DNA of 55,282 bases from a virus (taxonomy: Duplodnaviria > Caudoviricetes). Positions 30,117 to 37,936 of this stretch are shown in pieces. Where the stretch lies: the IMG/VR virus record IMGVR_UViG_3300035659_000016, positions 1 to 55,282 of that record; one strand, given 5' to 3'. The position numbers and the translations under genes are program-made. Position 1 is the stretch's first letter. Every line of letters begins with the position of its first letter. The notes beneath the pieces were generated by a model. The model had not been told where the DNA came from. It did not search any database and worked only from the letters and a program-made list of their open reading frames with translations.

Positions 30117-30392
30117 TTAGAACTTTCTCACTCTCTTCCGGTTCCAAAAGATGGGCCGGCCACACACAAGGCTACGTGAGCGCGACTGTTCCTCGGCAGC
30201 CACAATGGTTTTGTAGTTGAAGGGTCCCTTTGCGAACTCGTTGTGTCGGAAGAGACCCTTCTCCACAATGACAGAACCGTCGACACTTACCCAGATGGAC
30301 GTGGCCCCCCTGAAGAGGCGCTTTAGGAAGGCCACGTCGTTGTCCGTCCGATGTTGTCCCAAGGAGTCCCAGAGCGGATCGCTAGGCATCAC
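30117..30392 (-). CDS. Hypothetical protein
   Basis: GGGGAG RBS; overlaps upstream stop. Confidence 0.5.
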   Translation of the reverse strand: MMPSDPLWDSLGQHRTDNDVAFLKRLFRGATSIWVSVDGSVIVEKGLFRHNEFAKGPFNYKTIVAAEEQSRSRSLVCGRPIFWNRKRVRKF

Positions 30393-30634
30393 AACAACTC
30401 CCCGTTCACGAATAGGCTCACCTGACAGAACTCTTCTACTAGGCGGAACGAAGAGTCTTCTAGTGGGGCACGCAGAGCCTCATGCAGGTTTCGTATCTGC
30501 GCACGCTTCCAGGCTGCTCGGGCCCCTGGCGTGTACTCCCGGAATCTCTCGGTGAAGGCGGGATCCGTCGGGGCTGTCACAAAGCACTTGATGACCACTT
30601 CACAGGTTGGTGCATTCATCGAATCTCCCCTCAC
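30389..30634 (-). CDS. Hypothetical protein
   Basis: Tiles the operon. Confidence 0.45.
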   Translation of the reverse strand: MRGDSMNAPTCEVVIKCFVTAPTDPAFTERFREYTPGARAAWKRAQIRNLHEALRAPLEDSSFRLVEEFCQVSLFVNGELL

Positions 30635-30906
30635 CAGGGAACGCCGGTAGCAGGCCTCTCGGACTCGCGAGGGGCCTCATCCTTGAGTAGCGCTGCGACG
30701 GCTCGACAGAACTGCAACAGGGTCGCAACCGGAACTTGTGCCAAGATTGGGTAACGGCCCCCTCGGGGTCCAAAGCCGACGAGGCTGACTGTGCCCTCGG
30801 CGACATCGATTGCTATCTCGACACGCTCGACGCGACGTGTGGCTTCGTGGTACTTGTTCTGGGCGACCGTGACGGTCCCCTGCATGGGCAAACTTGTGTC
30901 TTGCAT
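30631..30906 (-). CDS. Hypothetical protein
   Basis: AGGAGG RBS directly after TopIB. Confidence 0.55.
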   Translation of the reverse strand: MQDTSLPMQGTVTVAQNKYHEATRRVERVEIAIDVAEGTVSLVGFGPRGGRYPILAQVPVATLLQFCRAVAALLKDEAPRESERPATGVPW

Positions 30907-30909
30907 GGT

Positions 30910-32319
30910 CTAACCTCCTTCCACTGTAGCAAGGGCCCAGGCAAACTTTGCCCGGAGCGCTTTGCTGTAAATCTTCAACCAAGACCCTGTTGGGTCCCAG
31001 TCGACGAACACACGGGGGTCAATGTAGGACTTCAGCGACGTGCCGAGATTGTAGTCTTGTGCGGCGACTAGGAACTCTTTCTCGCGGCTGGGTTGCTTCT
31101 TGGCGAGCCGCTCTTCCCAGTTCTTGGGCAGTGTGCGACGATGATTCAACCGCTGCGCTGCGGCTAAGTTGGCGTACTTCGCTGTTAGCACAGTGTCGCC
31201 TTTCAGGTCCCGCCCTTGAGTAGGTCCGCTACATCCCTTCAAGAACTCGCGGGCCGCTGCCGTGCCGTGCATCGTGCGGAATGTCTTGGCTGTCAACCCC
31301 CCCATCTGTGCTTTCAGGAAGCGGTTGATGTCCTGAGCACTCACGTGTGGGAACAATGGCTCGTCGCCCTGAGCCGAGTCGAGTCGCGTGACGATCGCGT
31401 TGAAGATCGCTCGCGGTGGAATGAACGTCACTTCGAGCCTCACACTGTCCTTGCCCAAGAAGTCCAACGACACCTCTTGGCTGTCGAGTTCGTAACTCAC
31501 GTGCTCGCATCGCAATGTGCAAACGCCTACTGTGTCGGCTGCGTCCTCGCCCTTCTCGTCGCCGACGCGCAGGGCGAGATTGTCAAGCAAGTACATCGCG
31601 GTGCGAAACTCCGGAGAGTATAGGCCCGACGCATACAACTCGCGAATACGCTCGATGTCCCTTGTGAGTGCGAGTGCCTTGTCGTACTTGGCTTTGTCCT
31701 TGCTTTGGCGTGGCGCTGCGGTCTCGGCGACCCACAGGTACTTGCGACCGTGCTGACCGAGTGGTTTGGGCCAACTAGCAATCCAGTACTGGTCACGCAT
31801 CTCGACGATGTGACGCCACTTCCCCAGTGGGATCGGTGCCTTGGCGTCCAAGTTGAGTGTGACGTCTTCTGCCGTGATGCGATCTTTCCAACGACCACGC
31901 AACGGGTGGTCGCCACGACCGATGAAGATGCCCGGCGGCTCGATGCCGTACTGACAGGGTGTCTTGACCCCATCAATTGTAGCAAAACCAAAGTTGGCCT
32001 TGGTTGCCTGCTGTCGCATCTTGCGGAGCTTGCGTTCTTCGGGCGACAGCTCCTTCAACGTTGGCGGCAACTTAATGACTAGGTCGAACGGCCAGTCACG
32101 TAGCTCACGGTCGCTCGCCTTCGACATCATGTTGAGGTCGTGTACGAAGTTGGTCTTGAAGACCTTGTCCTTGCGGCGTTCTTCGGGCTGGCGCCACCAA
32201 GCGACGAGCATCTCTTCCGCTAGGGGCGACAACCACGACTGGCCCGTAGCCTTGAACGGCTCTGGAAAGACGACGCCGTTGTGTCGGAATGTCTTCCATG
32301 GCTGTGTCATTTGTCTCAC
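30910..32319 (-). CDS. top1: Type IB DNA topoisomerase, large eukaryote/Thaumarchaeota-like form
   Basis: WKTFRHNGVVFP, EPPGIFIGRGDHP, KYDKA..L, ALRVGDEK...ADTVG.CTLR.EH, LDFLGKDS, GLTAKTFRT, NHRR, NLGTSLKSYIDPR, KFAWA. Confidence 0.95.
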   Translation of the reverse strand: MRQMTQPWKTFRHNGVVFPEPFKATGQSWLSPLAEEMLVAWWRQPEERRKDKVFKTNFVHDLNMMSKASDRELRDWPFDLVIKLPPTLKELSPEERKLRKMRQQATKANFGFATIDGVKTPCQYGIEPPGIFIGRGDHPLRGRWKDRITAEDVTLNLDAKAPIPLGKWRHIVEMRDQYWIASWPKPLGQHGRKYLWVAETAAPRQSKDKAKYDKALALTRDIERIRELYASGLYSPEFRTAMYLLDNLALRVGDEKGEDAADTVGVCTLRCEHVSYELDSQEVSLDFLGKDSVRLEVTFIPPRAIFNAIVTRLDSAQGDEPLFPHVSAQDINRFLKAQMGGLTAKTFRTMHGTAAAREFLKGCSGPTQGRDLKGDTVLTAKYANLAAAQRLNHRRTLPKNWEERLAKKQPSREKEFLVAAQDYNLGTSLKSYIDPRVFVDWDPTGSWLKIYSKALRAKFAWALATVEGG

Positions 32320-32325
32320 CTCCTT

Positions 32326-32517
32326 TCAAACATCTAGGCGGAGTACACGTAGGACAAACCGTGCCAGGTCTGTGTCGTCCCCCTTGTAGTCTACGATGAA
32401 CCTGGCTGCGAATAATCCGTCGTTCGTGGGCATCAGGTGGACTAGACCGACCAGAAACTCTCTGGGCGTAATGAGGCCCCGGCGATACTTGTCGACTAGG
32501 GTCTGTGTTTTGTCCAC
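32326..32517 (-). CDS. Small hypothetical early protein
   Basis: AAGGAG RBS. Confidence 0.55.
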   Translation of the reverse strand: MDKTQTLVDKYRRGLITPREFLVGLVHLMPTNDGLFAARFIVDYKGDDTDLARFVLRVLRLDV

Positions 32518-32592
32518 GTAGTCTCCTTTCTCTGCCGTGCTTGTGGGCTGGCAGTCACCCCGTTACACTGTTGTGTGACGGGGTCTGGTCCG

Positions 32593-32820
32593 CTATCCCA
32601 TTAGCGCCATTTCACGCTTAGTCACCTCCCTCCTATGGGTGACTTGGACGCGCGCCTCCTCTCGAACGAAGTGATACGTGATGCGTTTGCCGTCTGAGAA
32701 CAGGACGGATAGCGTCCGCCGTGCTCGATCCATCCGGGCTGACTTGGGGTTGCCGTGCTCAATGGTGCCTAGAAGGAACGCGGCGTCCCACTGAGCCCCT
32801 GTGCTAACTGTCTTAGGCAT
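32593..32820 (-). CDS. Small hypothetical early protein
   Basis: GAGGAGG RBS. Confidence 0.55.
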   Translation of the reverse strand: MPKTVSTGAQWDAAFLLGTIEHGNPKSARMDRARRTLSVLFSDGKRITYHFVREEARVQVTHRREVTKREMALMG

Positions 32821-33082
32821 TGTGTGCCTCCTCTAGTTTGACAACGGCGAAGCGGCTGGCAGCCTTGGTCAGGATGGCGCCGCTGCCATTTGGGTCGAAC
32901 AGAGTGAAGACCAGTTCCGTAGAGCCGTCGTCGAATTGATACAACCAGGTAGCTAGGACTCGGAAGTTTGCGTCGCCCCTCAGCCGGGTCATGTCGTAGA
33001 TGCCGGAGCCAGCGCTCTGATCCGCGACCACGACCGTTAGGCCTCGGAAGTGCGTCTGGACGTTACCGACGTGCTTTGTCAT
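32813..33082 (-). CDS. Small hypothetical early protein
   Basis: AAGGAGGT RBS. Confidence 0.6.
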   Translation of the reverse strand: MTKHVGNVQTHFRGLTVVVADQSAGSGIYDMTRLRGDANFRVLATWLYQFDDGSTELVFTLFDPNGSGAILTKAASRFAVVKLEEAHNA

Positions 33083-33160
33083 AGTGAACCTCCTTTCTTA
33101 GGTTGGCACTCAGGGCCCTAGGTGAGATGAAGAGAGCCTAGGACCCCGTGGTCCGTTATC

Positions 33161-33349
33161 CTAAGGCGTGGCGTCTACCACGTGGACCTCTAGGATGTCG
33201 TAGTCGGCAATGAGGGCGAGCGGCTCTAGGACGGCTACTAGGTTCTCGCGGGCTATGCGTCCCGCCAGTAGGTCCTCGGCACCTTCTGCCACGACAATCG
33301 GGTCGTTGGCGAACCATCTCTTGCCCATTTCCACGGTCGCGTCGTCCAT
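33161..33349 (-). CDS. Small hypothetical early protein (start uncertain)
   Basis: ORF downstream of promoter 33429-33458. Confidence 0.4.
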   Translation of the reverse strand: MDDATVEMGKRWFANDPIVVAEGAEDLLAGRIARENLVAVLEPLALIADYDILEVHVVDATP

Positions 33350-33428
33350 GGGCTGATTGACACGATGTCCAGATGGAATGTAACTCGCTTGGCGTTCATG
33401 CTGTGTCCTCCTTTCATTTTACAAACTA

Positions 33429-33458
33429 ATTATACTACAAGACAGGTGTCTTTTTCAC
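33429..33458 (-). promoter_or_regulatory. Class-1 promoter GTGAAA-N18-TATAAT with GACACCTGTC box in the spacer
   Basis: One of four related copies. Confidence 0.7.
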
Positions 33459-33515
33459 TGGGGACAACCTTAAAGTTTTGATTCAAATTAGACTGTCTGT
33501 GTGCTAAAGAGACCA

Positions 33516-33545
33516 ATAGCCCGTCTCGACTTGAGGCGGGCTATC
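33516..33545 (-). terminator. Hairpin after HTH gene
   Basis: atagcccgtctc...gaggcgggctat on the + strand. Confidence 0.5.
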
Positions 33546-33554
33546 GGCTGTCGG

Positions 33555-33962
33555 TCACGCTGCGGGCTCGGGTAGGAGCTCGACGAAACCGCTGGCGTCG
33601 CTTGGCTCGGTCGTGACGACCACGGCCCCCTGGACGAATCCTTTGTCTTCCAGATCGGGCGTAGCAACCGGCACCTTGGGCTGGCGCGGCTTGCGGGTCT
33701 TGCGCTGCTTCGGTGCGTTGCCGGGCGAGTCGATGTTCGCCGTGACAGCGCCGTAGGTCGGTGCCTGCGCCTTGCGTGCGTCGCGGGTCGTCTTGTACTC
33801 CGTGAGGGACGCGACCGAAATCATTGTCCGGTTGTCCTCTTTCACGGTGTCCAAGCGGCGCTCCCAGAGCAACTTGCGGACTCTGTGGACGGAGACGCCC
33901 AGGAAGTCTTGTGCTTCCTTAACCGACATGTAGCTCTTCGCGGCTGACAGTTTCTTCGACAT
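33555..33962 (-). CDS. HTH_17 DNA-binding protein, paralog A (normal composition)
   Basis: YMSVKEAQDFLGVSVHRVRKLLWERRLD; AAGGAGG RBS. Confidence 0.85.
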   Translation of the reverse strand: MSKKLSAAKSYMSVKEAQDFLGVSVHRVRKLLWERRLDTVKEDNRTMISVASLTEYKTTRDARKAQAPTYGAVTANIDSPGNAPKQRKTRKPRQPKVPVATPDLEDKGFVQGAVVVTTEPSDASGFVELLPEPAA

Positions 33963-34128
33963 TTTGGCCTCCTTAGCCTATTCGCTCCTCACGCCCAAGC
34001 GACGGGCCTGGGTGCGAGTGAGACTCTTTGTTAAGCTGCGGCTGACAGTCACCCTGCCTTGCCTTACTGGCACTGGCACTGGCAGGGTCTGGTTCGTTAT
34101 CCGCTATAGGATGCTATGTTGCTATGCC

Positions 34129-34371
34129 CTAGGCTTCCACGAGCGTAATGGTAATGCCGTCTGGGACTTCGTAGACTCTGGACACCGGGTTGTCATTCAG
34201 GTCTGTGACGTAACGAATCGAGGTGGCGGGGTAGCCCATAGCCTCGGCCACCAACCGCGCCGCGCCTCGCGGTGTCGCACTACGAAAGCGAAAGGTGTGT
34301 GGCTTGCTTGGGTCGGTTGGTCGTGGCCACTGTTCCTCTACGACCGCTGTGTAGACTTCTGTCTTTGGCAT
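34129..34371 (-). CDS. Small hypothetical early protein
   Basis: AAGGAGGTG RBS. Confidence 0.6.
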   Translation of the reverse strand: MPKTEVYTAVVEEQWPRPTDPSKPHTFRFRSATPRGAARLVAEAMGYPATSIRYVTDLNDNPVSRVYEVPDGITITLVEA

Positions 34372-34443
34372 GTGTCTCACCTCCTTTCTTTGTTCTGTCT
34401 GGGCTGACAGTCCAGGCGTCGGCACTCGGCGCCTGCTGGTTCG

Positions 34444-34671
34444 TTATCCCAGTCTTGCAATGGCAATGTCTCGCGCCTCCACAACGTCGTGTCGCTTGCT
34501 GTAGGCGACCAAGAAAATGCCGAGATACTTGTAGGTGGCCGCCATGAAGTGCTTGGCCATCCACGCGGCGACGTCGTCGGCTGTCTTGCAGTCTGCGTAC
34601 TCTTTAGCTGCAACGGCTAGGCCGGTCGCGATCTTGTCTTTGGCTTCCTCTGACAGTGGCACTTGTCTCAC
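34444..34671 (-). CDS. Small helical hypothetical early protein
   Basis: AAGGAGGTG RBS; downstream of promoter 34733. Confidence 0.6.
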   Translation of the reverse strand: MRQVPLSEEAKDKIATGLAVAAKEYADCKTADDVAAWMAKHFMAATYKYLGIFLVAYSKRHDVVEARDIAIARLG

Positions 34672-34732
34672 CTCCTTTCATGCCCAGATTGTTGTGTGTC
34701 TCTATAGGCAATGGTTGTCTTTCTTCAATTTT

Positions 34733-34762
34733 ATTATACTACAGGACAGGTGTCGTTTGCAC
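34733..34762 (-). promoter_or_regulatory. Class-1 promoter GTGCAA-N18-TATAAT
   Basis: Spacer acgacacctgtcctgtag. Confidence 0.75.
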
Positions 34763-34846
34763 TACGACACACCTTAAATTTTTTGTTCAGTTGTCGGCTG
34801 GCAGTCAGGGCGCCGTTGGCATGGCGCCCCCTGGTTCGTGATCCGA

Positions 34847-35077
34847 CTACACTTTGATGTCTGCTGCGGCCGCTTTGCTGTCTGTCTCGGCGCAATCTAC
34901 GATGTCCTGATGTGACATCGGTGTCCTTTCTGGCACCTTGATGTCGTAGGTCGCGTCTTCTAGACACGCTTGTGCATCCGTGTCGTCTTCAAAAATGGTC
35001 TTGCAGAGCCATTCGTGAAGCGTTTCTGGCGTGACGTCGCCGTCTACCACGAACTTGACGTTGTAGGCTCGAGCCAT
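34847..35077 (-). CDS. Small acidic early protein
   Basis: AAGGAG RBS; Asp/Glu-rich. Confidence 0.6.
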   Translation of the reverse strand: MARAYNVKFVVDGDVTPETLHEWLCKTIFEDDTDAQACLEDATYDIKVPERTPMSHQDIVDCAETDSKAAAADIKV

Positions 35078-35111
35078 GTTTCTCCTTTCGTTGTTCGTTG
35101 TTCGCTGGTCG

Positions 35112-35393
35112 CTAGGTTTTTGTGTCTTGCCACTTTCGAATCTTGATCATTGTCCAATTCGGTCGTAGGAGCGGGTCGCCTAGTGAAACTAAGCTGGCGT
35201 GTCCGGTCGGCGGTTGTGTGTCCCATGCAATGTCGCCTGTCGGTGGCCACGGTTTGCTAATTGCGATACCGTTGGCTAGAAACGCTTGCCTGGCTTCTGG
35301 CGAATCTTCAATGTAGACACCCGCTTGTTTCGCCCACAACCACTTTCGTGTCTGGCGAACTGCCTTGTTCAGACTGGTGTTTGTTTGTGACAC
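35112..35393 (-). CDS. Small hypothetical early protein
   Basis: AAGGAGG RBS; first gene after promoter 35432. Confidence 0.6.
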   Translation of the reverse strand: MSQTNTSLNKAVRQTRKWLWAKQAGVYIEDSPEARQAFLANGIAISKPWPPTGDIAWDTQPPTGHASLVSLGDPLLRPNWTMIKIRKWQDTKT

Positions 35394-35431
35394 TGTGTCC
35401 TCCTTAGAAGGATTGTTAAGGTTCTAATTAT

Positions 35432-35461
35432 ATTATATTACAGGACACCGGTCGTTTGCAA
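35432..35461 (-). promoter_or_regulatory. Class-1 promoter TTGCAA-N18-TATAAT
   Basis: Spacer acgaccggtgtcctgtaa. Confidence 0.75.
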
Positions 35462-35504
35462 GGGGTCGCAGTGTGCCAATTTTGTTGTCGAGTGGCGCGC
35501 TTGG

Positions 35505-35872
35505 CGATTCTAAAATTAGGTTTGGTTTGGCTAGCCTAGCAAACGGTCAATTCGTTTTTGGATTCGGAAATTCGAAAATTCTGTGCTCGACATTGAACCA
35601 TGTGGGCTACCCTCTGCTGACACCTTGTCATGGGGGAGCACAAAAAGTGATCCAAAGGTGACCCAAAAAACCTAATTTTCGAATCGCAAAACGCAAAAAC
35701 GAATCCTCCGTCCACTCGCGAAATCTCGTTGTTTTTCAAGCTGGAATCGCTGTGGGTCCATGGAAGAATTAGAAAATTAGAAAAAATGTTTTGGATAGAT
35801 TACTTATTTAGTTCTTTCTAGCAAAGATGATTTATCGCTCTCTATTCGATTCTGAAGCTAATTTTCGAATCG
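35505..35872. repeat. CTAATTTTCGAATCG boxes, left cluster (35672, 35858; inverted 1-mismatch copy at 35505)
   Basis: Direct reading; same box at 37860 and 37913. Confidence 0.85.
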
Positions 35873-36381
35873 CGTCGATTTTTCGTGTTCAGGAGCACTG
35901 TTTTTGTGTTCAGGGGCGATACCCTAGATGGTCTTCGTCGCATCCGAACAAGCCTCGTTGTCACAGAATCTAGTACTACCACGACACGAAGGCTGACCGG
36001 ACACCCAGCGGTGCGTCGCATGTAGCTGCAGGGTCGTGGCCGGAGGAAACCCCACGGCGACTCCCCCTGTGCCTCCACCGCGGGGCTGGGCCAGACTGGA
36101 CAGGCTGATGTAGCAGCATGTCGGGTCACGGAAGGACGTAGCGGCTAGGGCGTGTCCAGATTCGACGTAGCGGCATGTCCGGACGTAACAACGTGGCACG
36201 TAGCGACCCTGGCGTGTCCAGATGGGACACAGGACGTACTGGGCAGGGCCAGACACGCCAGGGGAGATTGCGGGGGCGAGGCGGGACACGACTACTCATA
36301 GGCAGGTGGGGCCTCGGACTCTTTCTTCAGAGGAGACGCCAGCGTGTCGTGGCGCGCTGGCGCTCCTGTCTCCTGTCGCGA

Positions 36382-36708
36382 CTAGGCTACTTTGTCGTAG
36401 TCTTCGATGAACCAGTCTCCGATGTCGACATTGTGTCTCTTCGCGAACTTTTGAATCGCTCCGAGATACGCTTCGATGTTTGTCGGCGCCTGCACCTTGT
36501 CGTACATAGCGTGCAGTTCGACGAAGACTTCGTTCCGCTTCTTTGTCGGATCATCGGTGTTATGTGTCGGCAGTGTGATGTGTATTGCTTCGGTGAATTG
36601 TCCGCTCGAGAACGACCCGTAGGCGTTGCCTAACTTGAATGCGTCGGCTGTCGATAGGTGTTTCATGTCTCGCTTAACCTCCTTGTAGACTTGTTGTGTT
36701 GTCTTCAA
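36382..36708 (-). CDS. Hypothetical early protein (start probably ATG ~36666)
   Basis: AAGGAGGT RBS before MKHL; follows promoter 36713. Confidence 0.6.
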   Translation of the reverse strand: MKTTQQVYKEVKRDMKHLSTADAFKLGNAYGSFSSGQFTEAIHITLPTHNTDDPTKKRNEVFVELHAMYDKVQAPTNIEAYLGAIQKFAKRHNVDIGDWFIEDYDKVA

Positions 36709-36712
36709 TTAT

Positions 36713-36742
36713 ATTATATTACAGAACACCTGTCGTTTGCAA
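36713..36742 (-). promoter_or_regulatory. Class-1 promoter TTGCAA-N18-TATAAT
   Basis: Spacer acgacaggtgttctgtaa. Confidence 0.75.
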
Positions 36743-37012
36743 GGGGTCCTTCCCCGCCAATTTTTGGCACGTAGCGACCGTGTCGTAGCGGGACACGACG
36801 TAGTGGCACGTAGCGACTGGGTCGGGGTCGAACACGACGCAGCGGCATGTCGGCGCAGCGGCATGTCGAGACAGGACACATTGCGTCGGGGGCAGGGCCA
36901 GATTCGATGTAGCGACTGTGGCACGTAGCGACCGTGTCTTATCCAGACAGGACAAGGGGACCCCCCAATACGAACAGTACTTGTTGTTCAATACGAACAG
37001 TACTTGTTAGTC

Positions 37013-37045
37013 AAAAAAAAACTTGACAACGTTGTTGTCAAGTTT
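37013..37045 (-). terminator. Intrinsic terminator closing the island transcript
   Basis: 12-bp stem aaacttgacaac/gttgtcaagttt ending in a run of 9 T on the - strand. Confidence 0.85.
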
Positions 37046-37056
37046 CTTTTAGTGTG

Positions 37057-37134
37057 TTAGAAGATTCTCACACAACTGAAGAATACAGTAAACACACTAA
37101 ACACGAACAAGATCGCTAACACCAACTCTTTCAT
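37057..37134 (-). CDS. 25-aa hydrophobic peptide MKELVLAILFVFSVFTVFFSCVRIF
   Basis: Purine-rich leader, TM-like, lies between two hairpins; not in the ORF track. Confidence 0.6.
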   Translation of the reverse strand: MKELVLAILFVFSVFTVFFSCVRIF

Positions 37135-37198
37135 TTTCTTCACTCTTTCTTGTAAAGTAGTTGATGTCTTTCGACATCAACTACTTCACAAACGTTTG

Positions 37199-37453
37199 TC
37201 AACTTTCTTGAACTTCTAGTTGTGAAGATTCGTTCACAACTTCCTCAAGTTTGTTGCTTGTGTGGTAGGTAGGAGACTTGACCATTCGGTTGTCTCTTAC
37301 CTTCTTGTACTTTGTGAGAGATTCGATCGTAATCATTGTACGACCATCGACCTTTTGTGAGTCAAGTTTCCTCTCCCACAAAAGTTTACGAACTCGATGA
37401 ACCGAAACTCCCAAAAACACCATACTCTCTTTCACATTCAAAAACTTCTTCAT
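37199..37453 (-). CDS. HTH_17 DNA-binding protein, paralog B (alanine-free)
   Basis: FLNVKESMVFLGVSVHRVRKLLWERKLD; AAGGAG RBS; no Ala in 84 aa. Confidence 0.85.
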   Translation of the reverse strand: MKKFLNVKESMVFLGVSVHRVRKLLWERKLDSQKVDGRTMITIESLTKYKKVRDNRMVKSPTYHTSNKLEEVVNESSQLEVQES

Positions 37454-37556
37454 CTCGAACTCCTTTTTGAACTTTTTGATGAAACGAGTTTGAATGAGAC
37501 CAAGTTGGTCTCATTCATTCAATTTCATATTTGTTAAAGTTCAATTCTACAAACTC

Positions 37557-37585
37557 ATCATACAACAAGTTCAATAAAAAGTCAA
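37557..37585 (-). promoter_or_regulatory. Near-consensus sigma70 promoter TTGACT-N17-TATGAT
   Basis: Direct reading; drives paralog B. Confidence 0.85.
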
Positions 37586-37848
37586 CACATATTCACATAT
37601 TCGTTGATGTCTATATGTTTGTTATATTTCAAACTAACACTAATTGTTTGTGTTGGTGAATACTAATTGTTAGTCGGTACTAACATAATGAGACTAGGTT
37701 AGTCTCGTTTAACGTTTGATGTTAGTACATACTAATTGTTAGTATGTACTAACAATTTTGAATAGTCCACCCTACCCCTCAAAAAAGGCACGATCAGGTT
37801 CCACGGACGCTACGCTACTTTTCCACCCGATAGGGTCCCCTCGATACG

Positions 37849-37927
37849 CGAATCCGAACCTAATTTTCGAATCGAAATCAACCTGCTGGTTGCTGGCCAC
37901 ACGAATCCGAACCTAATTTTCGAATCG
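37849..37927. repeat. Two perfect 26-bp direct repeats CGAATCCGAACCTAATTTTCGAATCG, 53-bp period
   Basis: 37849-37874 and 37902-37927, just upstream of the terS promoter. Confidence 0.9.
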
Positions 37928-37936
37928 CCCCGACTC

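Larger units (their letters stand above)
36195..36932. repeat. GGCACGTAGCGAC repeat family (36195, 36766, 36805, 36920) plus related GTAGC/GGCATGTC units
   Basis: Direct reading. Confidence 0.8.
36930..37787. other. AT-rich, GpC-depleted island
   Basis: Hand count: 2 GC dinucleotides (37115, 37256) versus ~23 CG in 858 bp. Confidence 0.9.

Noticed and set aside
30910-32319. Tyrosine integrase / temperate lifestyle
   Set aside because: Motifs are specifically TopIB. No integrase, att site or CI/Cro pair was recognised.
30910-32319. Archaeal host implied by TopIB type
   Set aside because: Sigma70 -35/-10 promoters, GH24 lysozyme and PolA point to a bacterial host
35473-36380. Short ORFs in the repeat region
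   Set aside because: Mutually overlapping, without RBS, and built from the DNA repeats; treated as non-coding
36090-37010. CRISPR array
   Set aside because: Repeats are short, degenerate and irregularly spaced. The Cas4-like gene sits in an ordinary recombination module.
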